Shown: positions 23,338 through 35,510 of the stretch, piece after piece
Numbering within the stretch: position 1 is the first letter of the stretch
How the letters are laid out: each line of letters opens with the position of its first letter
Origin: Caecitellus pseudoparvulus
Taxonomy: Eukaryota; Protista; Bigyra: Bicosoecida
Reading direction: 5' to 3'
Assembly (NCBI GenBank): GCA_965644315.1
Contig: CBFFRQ010000031.1
Location: forward strand, 496,001 to 560,000
DNA length: 64,000 bases
Made by a program: the position numbers and the translations under genes
Notes under the pieces: model-generated
The model's input: only the letters and a program-made list of their open reading frames with translations
Told to the model about the DNA's origin: nothing
The model's database searches: none

Positions 23338-24794
23338 ATGGCCGCTGCCGCCAGCCACACCCATGACTTTGCCACCGCCGGCTTCGGCACCAAGGTGATC
23401 CACGTCGGGCAGGAGCCCGACGCCGTCACCGGCGCTGTGTCTGTGCCCATCAGCATGAGCACCACCTTCGCCCAGGCTTCCCCCGGCGTCGTGTCTGTGC
23501 GTCCCGCGCTGCCTTCCCGTGCGCGGGTTCCGCGGAACTGCACTGCCGCTGCGCCTGCACGCTGCACAGGGCACTGACAGCGCCCTGAGCTACCACAAGG
23601 GCTACGAGTACTCCCGCACGAACAACCCCACCCGTGCCGCCTTCGAGATGGCCCTGGCTGGCGCGGAGGGTGGCAAGCACGGTGAGGCACCTGCAGAACA
23701 GCTGGGTGCCGGTGGTGCGCCGGGTGACACCTGCAAACACGCCCCCCTTGCACAGGCCTTGCGTTTGCCTCCGGCATGTCTGCCACCACCGCCATCATCC
23801 ACCTGCTGAAGCAGGGCGACCACGTCATCTCCATCGATGACGTGTACGGCGGCACCCAGCGCTTCTTCCGCAAGACAGTGGCGCCAGTGCGTCGTCAGCG
23901 TGTGTCAGCTGCTCCCCCACCACGCCAACGCACACGTCACGCCCTGGCCCGCCACAGACCTACGGCATCACCTTCGACTTTGTGGACACGACTGACTTGG
24001 CCGCTCTGGACGCCGCCTTCAAGGAGAACACCAAGCTGGTGTGGCTGGAGACGCCCACCAACCCCACCCTGAAGGTGTCTGACATCAAGGCCGTCGCCGA
24101 GGTGGTGCACAAGCACGGCGCCCTGCTGGTGGTGGACAACACCTTCATGTCCCCCTACTTCCAGCAGCCCCTGTCCCTGGGCGCCGACCTGGTCATGTCC
24201 TCCGTCACCAAGTACATCAACGGCCACTCCGACGTCGTCATGGGCGTCGTGACCGTCAACGACGACGAGCTGAACGACAAGCTGCGCTTCATCCAGAACG
24301 GCCTCGGCGCCGTGCCCTCCCCCTTCGACAGCTACCTGGCGCTGCGCGGCCTGAAGACCCTGCACGTGCGCATGGCCAAGCACGAGGAGAACGCCCTGGC
24401 CCTGGCCAAGTTCTTCGAGAGCCACGAGATGGTGGAGAAGGTCCTGTACCCGGGCCTGCCCTCGCACCCCCAGCACGACATCGCCGCCAAGCAGGTGGCG
24501 CGTGGCGCCGGCGGCAGCGGCATGCTCACCGTGTACATCAAGGGCGGCCTGGACGGCGCCCGCGTGTTCATGGAGAACGTCAAGGTGTTCACGCTGGCAG
24601 AGAGCCTGGGCGCCGTGGAGTCCCTGCTGGAGTCCCCCGCCATCATGACCCATGCCTCCGTCCCCGCCGAGGCCCGTGCCGCCCTGGGCATCTCCGACAA
24701 CCTCGTCCGCCTGTCCGTGGGCATTGAGGACTACGCCGACCTGGAGGCCGACGTCGCACAGGCCCTGGAGGCCGCCAAGGCTGCCACCGCCTGA
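23338..24794 (+). CDS. CTH: Cystathionine gamma-lyase (PLP-dependent; 3 introns)
   Basis: GFGTKVIHVGQEPD, YEYSRTNNPTR, DDVYGGTQR, WLETPTNP, VVDNTFMSPY, PLP-lysine motif SVTKYINGHSD, FTLAESLG, LVRLSVGIED. Confidence 0.95.
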
Positions 24795-24995
24795 GCGCCT
24801 AATGCATGACCCGTAGGGCTGCGCTGCCCGCCGCCACGGAGGCGAGACGCACAACGCATGGGGGCGGCTCTTCTTCGGCGTGCTGAGCCGGCGTGTGCAT
24901 GAGCAGCCACGCAGCGGCGGCATTCGACGGCCGGCACAAAACCCAACCCCCCTCCACCGCCCCGCTGCTCGCTGACAGAACCAGTGGCAGCCACC

Positions 24996-27900
24996 ATGGC
25001 ATTGAAGTTCGTGGCCCTTGTGGCCTCCCTGGCAGCTGCTGCGGCGCAGGCGCACCGTGGCAGCTGGCTGGCAGACCCTGCGCCTCGCTCCCGTGCCGAC
25101 GTGACGGGGCATGTGGAGTTTCGCGGCCCTTGCGACGCCCCATACACGTCAGCGCAAGCCCCTGCTCGCGTGGTGACCCCAGGCTCGTCCCTTGCCTTGA
25201 AGTGGCCCCGCAATGGCCGCGCTGGCGGCATGGTGCGCGTGGCGTGGGCGCCAGCTGACTTCAGCAGCTCGGACGCTGCCGCCGCCGTCTTCGACTTGAA
25301 CGTCGCCTCGTACAGCTGCTTCGAGGCGTCCTGCTCCGCCACGACAGGCTGCAATGCGGGTGACATTACCACTGGTTGTGATGCCTGCTCCCACACGGTG
25401 CAGGTGCCGCCCTTCCCCAGCGGAGCGTACACGCTGCAGTGGTGCGTGCAGCACCGGCACCGGCCACGCCGCTTCCCCGCGGCACACGCCGCCCGCTGCG
25501 CTCGTGCACAGGGTCTGGTACGGTGGCGGCCTCGGAGCTGCTCCCCAGTACAGCTGCGTCGATGTTGTCGTGCGCAACACGGCTTCCACAGGCAACCGTG
25601 CGTGCCCATGGCCGGCTGCAGGCCGCAGCATCGCAGCGACGGCACCCTCACTGCACCCACGCCGCCTTCCCCACCACAGTATCGCCCGCATTCACCCCTG
25701 GAGACGCCAGTGGCAGTGCCACATGTGGCGTGTGTGACTCCTGCGACAAGGCGTACCCTGCAGGGACAGGGCCGTTGCTCTCGGCGTTGGCAGAGGGCAA
25801 CTTCACCTCCCGAGCCCGGTCCCCCGGCGCTGGCCCTGCTCTGGGCCTGCCCCGGGAGGAGGCGGAGAGTGCCGCCTGCACTGGCTGCTGGTGGGGCACG
25901 TCTGGCCGCTGCCAGGCCTCCAACACCATGTGCTACGAGACCCTCGTGACAGGGGAGTGCCCCGTCGGCACCGTGCGCTGTGGCAACCAGGCCCGGGAAG
26001 GCGGCGCCCACCCGCCGCCGGCCCTGCCCTCCCCAGGCCCCGGCGCCAGCAACAACCTGCCCTCTCCCTCCCCTTCCCCCGTCACTCTCGCCATCACGCC
26101 CGGCACCTCCACGCCAGGCGTCGTGCAGTGCCAGCGGTGTGAGCTGAACAGCCGCGGTCCCTGCCAGGCGCCCAACGGCGTCTGCTTCGGTTACTCCGCC
26201 CCCGGCAGCTCCACGTGCCCAGAGGGCACTCTGGCGTGTGCCTTGGATGCGACAGCGGACTTCCTGGACAACGTCGGCGCCGCCGCCGGAGTCACAGCCT
26301 CCAAGCGCAGCGCCCCAGCTGGCGATGGTACTGGGGCGCCCGCCTGCAACGCCTGTGTGGACGACACGAGCGGCCCCTGCGTGGCGCCACTGGGCGCTGG
26401 CGCCAGCCAGCACATCTGCCTGCCCTTCCGTGGCTCATCTGGGCGGTGCCCGGCGGGGTCAGTGCCCTGTGCAGGGTCCAGCCTGGTGGCGGGCGGGGAG
26501 GGGTACTCCCTCACCACTGCCGCGACGCCGACGCCGTCCCCCCTGCCGTCCCCCGCCGCCTTGCCCCGTCGTCAGTCCGTGCTGGCACAGCGGGGTGGGC
26601 ACCCCTACGCGCAGATCGGGTATGTGGACGCCACTTCCGTGGGCCTGGCAGCTCGCAAGGCGTCCCGCTTCCACTTCGACGTCACTGCAACCAACGCCAG
26701 CCTGTTTACTCACTTGGTGTGGGCGTACGCCCGGCCCGTCCTCGTGCCCACCTCCAGCACCGCCTACCGGTACGGCTTCTCCGTGTACGGCGCCCGGGAA
26801 ATCCTGTCTGGGTCGGAGGGCAACCCCGCCGACGGGGACATTGCCCGCTGGCACGCTCACGTGCGGTCTGAAAACCCCGCCATCCGCACGCTGCTGGGCG
26901 TGGGCGGGTTCTCAGCGGGGGCTGGCTTCTTCTCGTCAGCCCTGAGCACTGAGGCTGGCCGGGGGGAGATGGCTGCTCGCCTGCTGGGGTTCGCCCGCGC
27001 GCAGGGCTTTGACGGCGTGCAGGTGGACATCACCTACCCAGGCGCAGAGGCGCTGGGCGGGGATGCGGGGGACGACAAGGCGAACTTCCAGGCCTTCGTG
27101 TCGGAGCTGCGCCGGCTCATCGACGGGGAGGCACGCGGGGCCGGAGTGGACCGCCTCATCCTGTCGGTGGGTGTGTCCACCACCCCCGCCATCATTGAGG
27201 ATGCGTACGAGCAGGCCGCCCTGAGCCAGGCGGTGGACCACCTGGTCCTGCATGCGTGGGATGTGCGGGGCCCGTGGGAGTCCACCACCGGCTCCGCCAC
27301 GCCCCTGACCGATGCCGGCAAACAAGGCCTGGGTGTCTCGGACTTCGTGCAAGGCTGGCTGGATGCCGGCGCGGAGCGGGGTAAGCTGGTGCTGGGCGTG
27401 TCTGCTTACGCGCGTGCCTGGCGCCTGACGCCTGACGGTGCGGCACAGGTGTCTGGCACCTACCCCCGAGTGCCAGCAGCTGGCCCTGCGCCAGGTGGCC
27501 CTGACTCCGGCGTGCCAGGGTACCTGACGTACTGGGAGGTGCAGGACATGGTGCGGGGCGGCGCACGCGTGCACTGGGACGGCACGGCTCGCACGTGGAT
27601 TGCAGAGGACGGCGCCGTGTACGCCAGTTTCGAGAACGAGGTGTCCCTGCGGGGTAAGGTGGACTTCATCCGGGAGACACGCATCGGCGGCTACGCGCTG
27701 TGGGCGGTGAACACGGACGACTTCCTGCACGGCTCCCCCCTGGCAGCAGCCCTGGCCACACGCATTACCGCCCCCGCCTCGGACCTGTTCCTGCTGGACG
27801 TCGCACTGGCCGGCAACTCGGGTGTGGGCACGGCGGGCCTGCCGCCCCTGCGCCGCCGCATGCGGGCCTGGGCGCACTCGTGGCTGAGCCTGGAGCCCCC

Positions 27901-29188
27901 TGCCGACACAGACCGCGTGGTGGAGGAGAGTCGGTGCTTCGAGCCTGTCCTGCTGGCGGGCGCGCTGGCGGCTGAGCTGGCCGTGCCGCCCACCGCCCTG
28001 GCAGTGTCTGACATCACCGGCTGGCGTGGTGCCGGCGACTTGAACGACGGCGTCGCCTGCCCCAAGGTGTACACCGTCGGCCTGCGCTTTGTGCAGGATG
28101 TGGGCCTGCCCCTCACCACCTACGCAGGCAGCGCCCAGCCCCCCGACACGGCTCGCATCTCCACCTCCATCGACGCTTCAGGGCTGTGGGTGCCTGCGAA
28201 CCCACCGGCGGACGGCGCCCCCGACGCGCCACCCTCTGGAGCCGCCCCCGTGAACGGCTCTGCGCCCGGTGCCGGCGGCAAGGCGGGTCTGCCCTCCATT
28301 TTCGACGGGGGCGTGGGATCGGGCGGCGCCCTGGGCCCCGCCGCCGCCGTGCCCATGGTGGACTCCTTCTCCCAGGCCAGCACCCTGCAGCGCCCCTCCA
28401 GCGGCTTCTTCGCCTCCCAGCCCTCCTGGCTGGCGCCCTTCTGGTACACGGACGTGGCCCGGGCAGGGAACGCGCGGGGCCTGGTGGGTGCGTGGGAGGA
28501 CCTCGTGGCCGCCGCTGCCGCCGCGCAGCCGGCAGGTTCCTTCACTGGGCCGACGCTGTTCGTGGGCGGCGGCACCTTCGCCATCAACAACGTGCGGCGG
28601 GTGTCCGACAATGTCCTGACGGACTCCACACCCCCCTCCGCGTCGGCCGCCAAGCCCCCCTCCCAGGACACCTCCCGACTCTCCGCTGGCGCTGTTGCTG
28701 GCATCGTCATCGCCGTCATCGTCGTGCTGGTGGTCATCGTGCTGGCCGTCGTGTACCGATCTCGCATCGCGGCTTCCTGTGGCGGCGCGTCTTCTGGCTC
28801 CCGCCCCTCCCGCCGCCGTACCCTCTCAGGCACCCAGCGCCCCCCTGCAGCCTTCATGTCCAAGTGGCCCCCCACTGCAGGCACTGCGCCTAGCCAGGGA
28901 TCGGGCGGGGGCGGCAACAGCGTCTTGACGCCCCCCGTCACCTCCCAGCGCGGCTCCACGCCCTCCAACGCGCCCACCCGCTCCCGCTCCATCAGCGGAG
29001 CAGATGGCACGCCCCGCCCCGCCTCTGTGCGCCCCGCAGCGCGGCTGGGCGCCATGGGGGCCACCGACGCCCCCCCTCGCCCAGCGTCTCGCCGCACGGC
29101 CCCGAGGCGGGTGGTGGCGCCACCCTCCGCCTCCACTGGGGGCGGGGCCCAGGCCCCTCCCCCTGTTCCCTCCCGCAGCTCAAAGTGA
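24996..29188 (+). CDS. Type I membrane protein: signal peptide, LPMO-like domain, 3 Cys-rich repeats, non-catalytic GH18 domain, TM helix, Pro/Ser/Arg-rich tail
   Basis: The signal MALKFVALVASLAAAAAQA is followed by His. Introns 25442-25511 and 25598-25679 join the ORFs in frame. GH18 motifs are FTHLVWAY, LLGVGG, GFDGVQVDITYP, KLVLGV..YAR and GGYALWAVNTDDF. The TM helix GAVAGIVIAVIVVLVVIVLAVVY lies at ~28688-28756. Confidence 0.85.
25873..26470 (+). repeat. Three degenerate Cys-rich protein repeats (CxxC...SGxC...C...CPxG[TS]xxC)
   Basis: CTGCWWGTSGRCQASNTMCY..CPVGTVRC; CQRCELNSRGPCQAPNGVCF..CPEGTLAC; CNACVDDTSGPCVAP..IC..CPAGSVPC. Confidence 0.8.
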
Positions 29189-29350
29189 CCGCCCGCCCCT
29201 GGCCGCGCGGCCCGTAATGTGTGTGCGTGTGTCACAGTGCACCCTGGCTCGCCCCTGTGTCAGCCCCACTCCCCAAGCTGGGCGTGGTGCTTCCTCGTGT
29301 ATTTGTTCCTGAGCCACAATGCAGACACACAGCTTGCGCCGTGGCGCCGC

Positions 29351-31206
29351 TCACCCCCGCCGTGCCCGCCTGGCCAGACGAGAGGACCGCCGGACTGGGG
29401 TGGGGGGCTGCTTCACGGAGTCCCCCCCGCCCTCGCCAGCCACATTCACAGGCGCGCTGGCGAGGGGGGTGGCGCTCCGGCGGGGGCGCTTGGCGGGGGA
29501 CGCGGGCGGGCACCGCGCCGCCTGCAGGCGCTGCGCCAACGAGGGCATGTCATCCCCCGAGTCCTCCGAGGCGGAGTCCAGGGTGATGGGGGGCGGCGAG
29601 CGCTTGCTACCCCCCAGGCGGGACGGCAGGGGACTGCACCCCTCCCCCGGCGCCGCGCTGGGTCCGGAGCTGGCACTGGTGGCGGTGAGGGGGGACGGTG
29701 CCTCGGGTGGACAGTCTGCCTGCATGTCACTGGCCAGCCCCGCCACCCGTGCCAGCAGCGCATCCACCTCGCCAGTCACGCAGGGTGGGCGAGCCGAGGG
29801 GGGTGTGCTGCCGCCTGCCGCGCTTGCAGCAGCGGCACTCTGCGTCGCACCACCTCCTCCACCACCCTGCTGCACGGAGTATTCCTGCACCACAGCCTGC
29901 ACGTCCACTGTGCGGCCAAGTGCCGCCAGGCGCGCAGCCCGGCCCCGGGGCGCGCGCCCAGCGGTGCGTGTGCGCGTGCGGCGGCGGCGGCGTGGTTCAC
30001 GTGCCGCCTCCTCGCTGGCCAGGGACGACTGCATGGCTCGCAGCGCGACCCGGTCTTCGTCGTCACTGTCGTCGACGTACAGGACACCGGGGTCATCTGG
30101 CGCCGCCTGGACCGCCGCACTGGTCCGTGCAGCAGCTGCGGAGAAGGCAGCTGCTGAGGCCGTCGTGCGGCGTGAGCGCCTGCTGCGACGCGGGCTGGTG
30201 TGGCCACTGGGTGCAGGCGGCGAGTCAGTGTAGTCTTCGTCCCGGCCACTTGAGTCACTGTCTGTGACCACCTCCGCCACTGGCACACGCCGTGCACGCT
30301 GACCCCGCCGGCGGGAAGATTGGGGCGCATTGGCGCCTGCTGTGCGCACAGGCACGCGTCGGGCGCGAGTGCTGGTGCGTCGGCGGGTGACAGACGCGGC
30401 AGCGGCACGTCGCACGGGACGACGGCGAGCCGAGCGCCGGGCAGGCGCCGGCTCAGGCTGGGCGGCGTCTTCCAACAGCGCGGCACGGATGGCAGCCCGG
30501 TCTGCCGCAGGCAGGGACTCGTCCTGCTCCAGTGCAGCCAGCTGCATCCCGCTCTCGTCACTGCGCCCGTGTGCCATTGGGGCCTCATTGGCGCGGCTGA
30601 TACCAGGCAGGGAGGCGGCCACGCCGCCCAGCATGGCGGACCAGCGGTGGATGACGTCATACACGCCCCACATGCCGCCCTGCCGCGTCCCGCCCGGTGA
30701 CGTGCAGGACTGAGGGTACCCCTGCGCCGCCGCTGCCTCTGCCGCCAGCTCCGCCACCTCGTGGTCCAGCCAGTCCTCCGCCTCGCCCGCATCCAGCCAC
30801 TCGTCCTCCTCCTCCTCGTCGTGAGAGTACTCGTCCGAGTCCGCCACCATGTCCAGGGACGTGTAGTGCACAGGCACGTGCTGGTCTCGGTCCGCCACGC
30901 GCTCCGTGCGTGGTGCCGCCGCACGGCGCTGGCGCCGCGAGGCCGAGCTGCTGCGGGCCTGTGTGATGCCGTGGAAGCGTTCCTTGCACACAGGGCAAGT
31001 GTTTGTCACTTTGGACCATTCTTTGATGCAGGCGTAGCTGGTGGAGGCGCAGGGGGCGTGGGGGGGTCAGCAACTGCTCAGCCGGTAGGTGAGGCGGGGC
31101 GCCACCGCGCCACACACCAAAACTCATGCGTGCAGCCGTCCAAAGAGCCCTTGTTGGTGATGGCGTCCTGGCAAATCACACAAATATTGTCATCTTCGCC
31201 TTGCAT
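29351..31206 (-). CDS. RING-HC E3 ubiquitin ligase with long disordered acidic/Arg-rich C-terminus (1 intron)
   Basis: Spliced CVICQDAITNKGSLDGCTHEFCYACIKEWSKVTNTCPVCKERF is a C3HC4 RING. Confidence 0.88.
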
Positions 31207-31562
31207 GGCTGTGCGTCGGTGTGGGGGCGAGGTGCCCGCCTGTGGGAGGTGGCGCGACACTTGCCAGGCTCAAAATCCGCACGTCACTCCGCCGTGCAAT
31301 TGCTTCGACGCTGCCGGAGCTCCCACGCACACCTGCAGGAGCTGTCGCCGTCAAGAATTGTCAAGTATAGTGGTTTGGCGTGGTGGCACTGGTGCGGGAG
31401 ACCCCTGCCCACGGAAGGGTGGCAAGGGGGGGGGGCATCTCGACTGTGCGGGCAATTGTGCTGCCCAGGCAATCCTCACCCAATCAGCCCATCCACCCAC
31501 GCACACACCCCCGAAAACCAGACCCAAGCACGCATCCACCTGAACTTTCCTGTGCCTGCAAC

Positions 31563-34133
31563 ATGGTGGATTTAGCAGCGGCGCTGGCCACGGCGGCGCC
31601 AAGCGCTGCCGTGGACAGCGACGTGCTGGAGTACGTTCAGGAGGCGCTGGCAGCCCTGCAAGAGGGCACTGCAGCGCTGGAAGAAGACGATGTGGAAGCA
31701 ATGTGCATGCCCCTGGAGGACTTCTTGGGTGACGCCTTGCCCGCCCTGGTGCAAGCGGTGCTGAAGCAGACGCAGCCTGCGTCACCCAGCTCAGCAGCGG
31801 ACTCGCCTGCCGCTGCCGCAGCTGAAGAGGGCGACGCGCCCAAGCCTCTGCAATCCGGTGCCCTGCGCATGTCTGCAGGGGATGCCGTGCACGATGTGGC
31901 ACTCAGCATTTCCAGTGCGGGGCTGCACGCGGGGCGTGCACAGGCTCCATCAGCAGCGGACTCAATTTCCGCACAGTCCCCTGCTGACGAGGCAGGCAGC
32001 CAAGACTCCGCGCCAGCCGTTCCCGCGGCTGGAGCTGGCTCGCCAGCCCTGTCGGATCACGGGTCAAGTTCGGATTCTGCTGGCGACGAAGAAGACGAAG
32101 TCGCGTGCGCCATGGGGCTGGTGGACTGGGACTCCGGCACACTGCGAGACGCAGCCCACGCCGCCGAGGCCTTTGCTCACGTCGACGACGCTAGTGGCGG
32201 CTTCACAGAGGGCGTCCTGGCGTCCTCGTGGCGACACACCGCCATGGGTGGGACAGGCGGCTCCTCGCGCAACGTCGCCGTGCGCCAACTCACCATCGCC
32301 ACTCCCGGTGGCGAGCTGCTCTCCAACGCCAGCCTGGTGCTGGAAGACGGCCACAAGTACGGGCTGGTGGGGCGCAATGGCAGCGGCAAGAGCACTTTGC
32401 TGCGCCGCATGGTGCAAGGCAGCATCCCCGGCTTCCCGCCGCACCTGCGCACCGCCATGATCCAGTTCAAGCCAGCGCCGCCTGGAGTCACCCCCCTGCA
32501 GCTGGTGCTGCGTTCAGACACACGCCGGCGGCGCCTGCTGTCCCTGGCCAGAGCCCTGGAGGCTCTCGAAGCAGGGGAGACCGGCACACCAGTGCCGCCG
32601 CCCGCCGAGGCATCCGCTGAAGCACCCGTACCGCCTGGTCTGATGGAGGCCCTGGCCGCTCAGCCCCCTGCCGCACGGTCCGAGGCACTGGAGGGCGTGT
32701 CTGCTGAGCTGCTGGCCATGGACGCGCAGGCAGCACCTGCACGTGCGGCTCAGGCCCTTGTCAGCGTCGGGCTCCCCGTGCGCCGGCATGGGGAGCCCCT
32801 GGCTGCACTGTCAGGTGGCTGGCAGATGCGCGTGGCCATTGCCTGTGCTGTATTCCAGGAGCCAGACATCCTGGTGGCTGACGAGCCCAGCAACCACCTG
32901 GACCTGGAGGGCGTGTGGTGGATGGGGCGGTATCTGGCGGACCTGGACTGCACCTGCGTCGTGGTGTCCCACGACACGGCCTTCCTGGACATGTTTGTGA
33001 CAGACATCATCCACCTGCACCAGCAGGGTCTGCACCCGTACAGCACCAACTACGCCGGGTTCGTGGCCGCCCGGGAGGAGAAGGCGGGCATGATGAACCG
33101 CCTGCAGGCCAACCTGGACCGCAAGCGGGCCCACTACGCTGCCAGCGCCAAGCGCATGGAGGAGGCGGCGGCGGGCAAGCTGGGCAAGGGCAAGGCGGGT
33201 GGTGGCCGCAAGCTGTCACGCCTGAAGGGGGATGAGAAGAAGAGCAAGCAGGTGGCCCAGCGCCGGCACCGCATGCAGTACATGGGCCTGGACAAGACCC
33301 TGGACGGCAAGAAGTTCAGCATGCAGCGGCACTCACGGCGGCTGGGGTCTGCCGTGGACAATGCGGGGGGCTGGGTGGACGGCAAGATGACGGCAGCCGC
33401 CGTGAACACGGACCGTGAGGAGAGCGTGCAGTTCGACTTCGCCACCCTGGCCGGCTGTGATGGCTCCGTCGCCCAGCCCATAGTGGCGCTGGACGACGTC
33501 GCGTTCCGGTACCCTGGCGCCTCCGGTGACACCCTGCGGGGTGTCAGCTTGGCTCTGGACACCACCTCCCGCATCGGCATTGTGGGGGCCAACGGTAGCG
33601 GCAAGACCACCCTGCTGCGCATGCTGGCGGGGGCGGCGGAGGCCACGAGCGGGGAGGTCGTGCGCGCGCCAGGCACGCGCGTGGCGTACTTCTCCCAGCA
33701 CCACGCCGACCAGTTGGACTTGAGCAAGACGCCCGTACAGCACCTGTGCGAGGTGGCGGGACCAGGCGTGCGGCCGCAGCACCTGCGCAACCTGCTGGGC
33801 AAGTTCGGCATCGCCGGCGCCACCGCCGTCATCCCCATGCGGGACCTGTCGGGGGGGCAGCTCAGCCGTGTCTCCCTCACCTGCCTCTTCCTGGCGCGCC
33901 CGCACATGCTGGTGGCTGACGAGATCACCAACTTCTTCGACACGCACAGCATCGACGCGCTGGTGCAGGGTCTGCAGGACTTCACAGGCGCCGTCGTGCT
34001 GGTGTCCCACAACCTCGCCTTGCTCAAATCCGTCTGCTCCGTGTTCTACGTCGTCGCTGATGGCGCCCTGCGACGCCTGGAGGGCGGCCTGGACGAATAC
34101 CTCGCCGCCCACGCCGCCGCCCTGCCGGCGTGA
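31563..34133 (+). CDS. ABC-F family ATPase (GCN20/ABCF3-like; two ABC domains, no TM)
   Basis: GRNGSGKST, LSGGWQMRVAIA, ADEPSNHLD, VVVSHD; second domain GANGSGKTT, LSGGQ, ADEITN, VLVSHN. Confidence 0.93.
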   Translation: MVDLAAALATAAPSAAVDSDVLEYVQEALAALQEGTAALEEDDVEAMCMPLEDFLGDALPALVQAVLKQTQPASPSSAADSPAAAAAEEGDAPKPLQSGALRMSAGDAVHDVALSISSAGLHAGRAQAPSAADSISAQSPADEAGSQDSAPAVPAAGAGSPALSDHGSSSDSAGDEEDEVACAMGLVDWDSGTLRDAAHAAEAFAHVDDASGGFTEGVLASSWRHTAMGGTGGSSRNVAVRQLTIATPGGELLSNASLVLEDGHKYGLVGRNGSGKSTLLRRMVQGSIPGFPPHLRTAMIQFKPAPPGVTPLQLVLRSDTRRRRLLSLARALEALEAGETGTPVPPPAEASAEAPVPPGLMEALAAQPPAARSEALEGVSAELLAMDAQAAPARAAQALVSVGLPVRRHGEPLAALSGGWQMRVAIACAVFQEPDILVADEPSNHLDLEGVWWMGRYLADLDCTCVVVSHDTAFLDMFVTDIIHLHQQGLHPYSTNYAGFVAAREEKAGMMNRLQANLDRKRAHYAASAKRMEEAAAGKLGKGKAGGGRKLSRLKGDEKKSKQVAQRRHRMQYMGLDKTLDGKKFSMQRHSRRLGSAVDNAGGWVDGKMTAAAVNTDREESVQFDFATLAGCDGSVAQPIVALDDVAFRYPGASGDTLRGVSLALDTTSRIGIVGANGSGKTTLLRMLAGAAEATSGEVVRAPGTRVAYFSQHHADQLDLSKTPVQHLCEVAGPGVRPQHLRNLLGKFGIAGATAVIPMRDLSGGQLSRVSLTCLFLARPHMLVADEITNFFDTHSIDALVQGLQDFTGAVVLVSHNLALLKSVCSVFYVVADGALRRLEGGLDEYLAAHAAALPA

Positions 34134-34212
34134 GCGGCACCACCACTCTGGCGGCACAGTGCATTGCAATACATGGCGTGTGACGACGACGCAGTCGGCC
34201 TCGGACTGGTGC

Positions 34213-35046
34213 CTAGTCCGTCCAGTGCTTCGCTTTGCCCTGCCGAATCAGCTGCTCGGCGTCAGTGCGCCGCAACAACACGGCATCGTCCTTGTTCAGC
34301 TTCACAGGCACGCCAGCGGCAGTCATGATCTCCCCCACGTCCTCCAGCATGCGCACGTTCACGTTGAGGTGCTTGGGCGGCGTCAAGTCGGACGTCAGGT
34401 CTAGGCCCACCCCCCGCATGTACTTGTTCAGGGCTTCATTGTACCCCTTGAAGTAGTCCACCTCGCTGCTGCTCAGCTTCTGCTTCCACGCATCCAGCAG
34501 GACACTGCCGTACTCCCACCGGATGCGCTCAATGCGCCGCATGCGCTCGTTGCTGTGAAGCAAGTGTGAGGGGGGGGAGTCTCGCATGCTCGTGCTGGGA
34601 GGTGCCGCACCCCAGGGCGGCAGCGGGGGCACTCACAGGTACGCGAGGAGCAGGCGCTTGTTGCGCTTGGCAGAGGTGTACTGCACCATGAGCCCCGTGG
34701 CCAGGGAGTGGTCCACTGTGCTCCGTTTCTCCTTCTGCAGCCTGCAGGTGGGCGGCGGCAGGGGCAGTGTGACGGGCGGGGCGCTGGGCACTCCCCAGTA
34801 CACGCACTGCACCAGCACGCGAATGTGCTCTTCCAGTTCGGTCACCTCTTCAATGACGCGGCGGACGCCTTCCTCCTGTGCAGAGCGGGGAGGGGGGGCG
34901 TGCAGGCTCCTCGCTCCATTCAAAGCGGCCGGCGGCGTCGAGCAGCGCTGAGGGCGCACGTTGTAGGGCGGCAGGTGCTTGGAACGGTGCAGGTCCAGGA
35001 TGAGGTCGCGGGCAACACCACAGAACTGTGCTGAGGAAGCGGCCAT
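34213..35046 (-). CDS. GINS1: GINS complex subunit Psf1 (3 introns)
   Basis: LPPYN, RNKRLLLAYL, RIRWEYG, LDLTSDLTPPK, VRMLEDVGEI, DAEQLIRQG. Confidence 0.95.
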
Positions 35047-35510
35047 GCTCGCTTTCTGCCGTGGTCGTCGAGGCCGTCAGGCCACGCGCGCTTGGCGTTT
35101 CAGCAGAGTTTCGGCACTCCAGGCTGGCCAAGGCCACTGGCGCTTGGGAGCGCACTACTTCAACAAAGCAGTGCAGAGGTTCCCGGAATCAATTCCAGTC
35201 TTCATAGAGGTCTAAGTGGGCACTGTTCAGGGAAGTGCAAAGTGTCCCTCACACCCAGGGGCGGGTGTGCCAAGTGCCCGGCGTGTTTGGGCCCGGCCAG
35301 CGCAACTCGTTCTCGGCTCCTGCACAAGCTTCCACCCCTCACACAATCCACACCCGCTCCACGACTACAGTATCACACACTGCAATACAGCCGCTGACTC
35401 TGTCCGGCACGTGACCGGGCCAGCACCGCAGGTGCCCGCCTCGCGACAGCGCCTGACGGCAGCAGGCCGGGCGCTCTCCCCCTGCTCCCCGAGCCAACGA
35501 GCGAGCAAGC

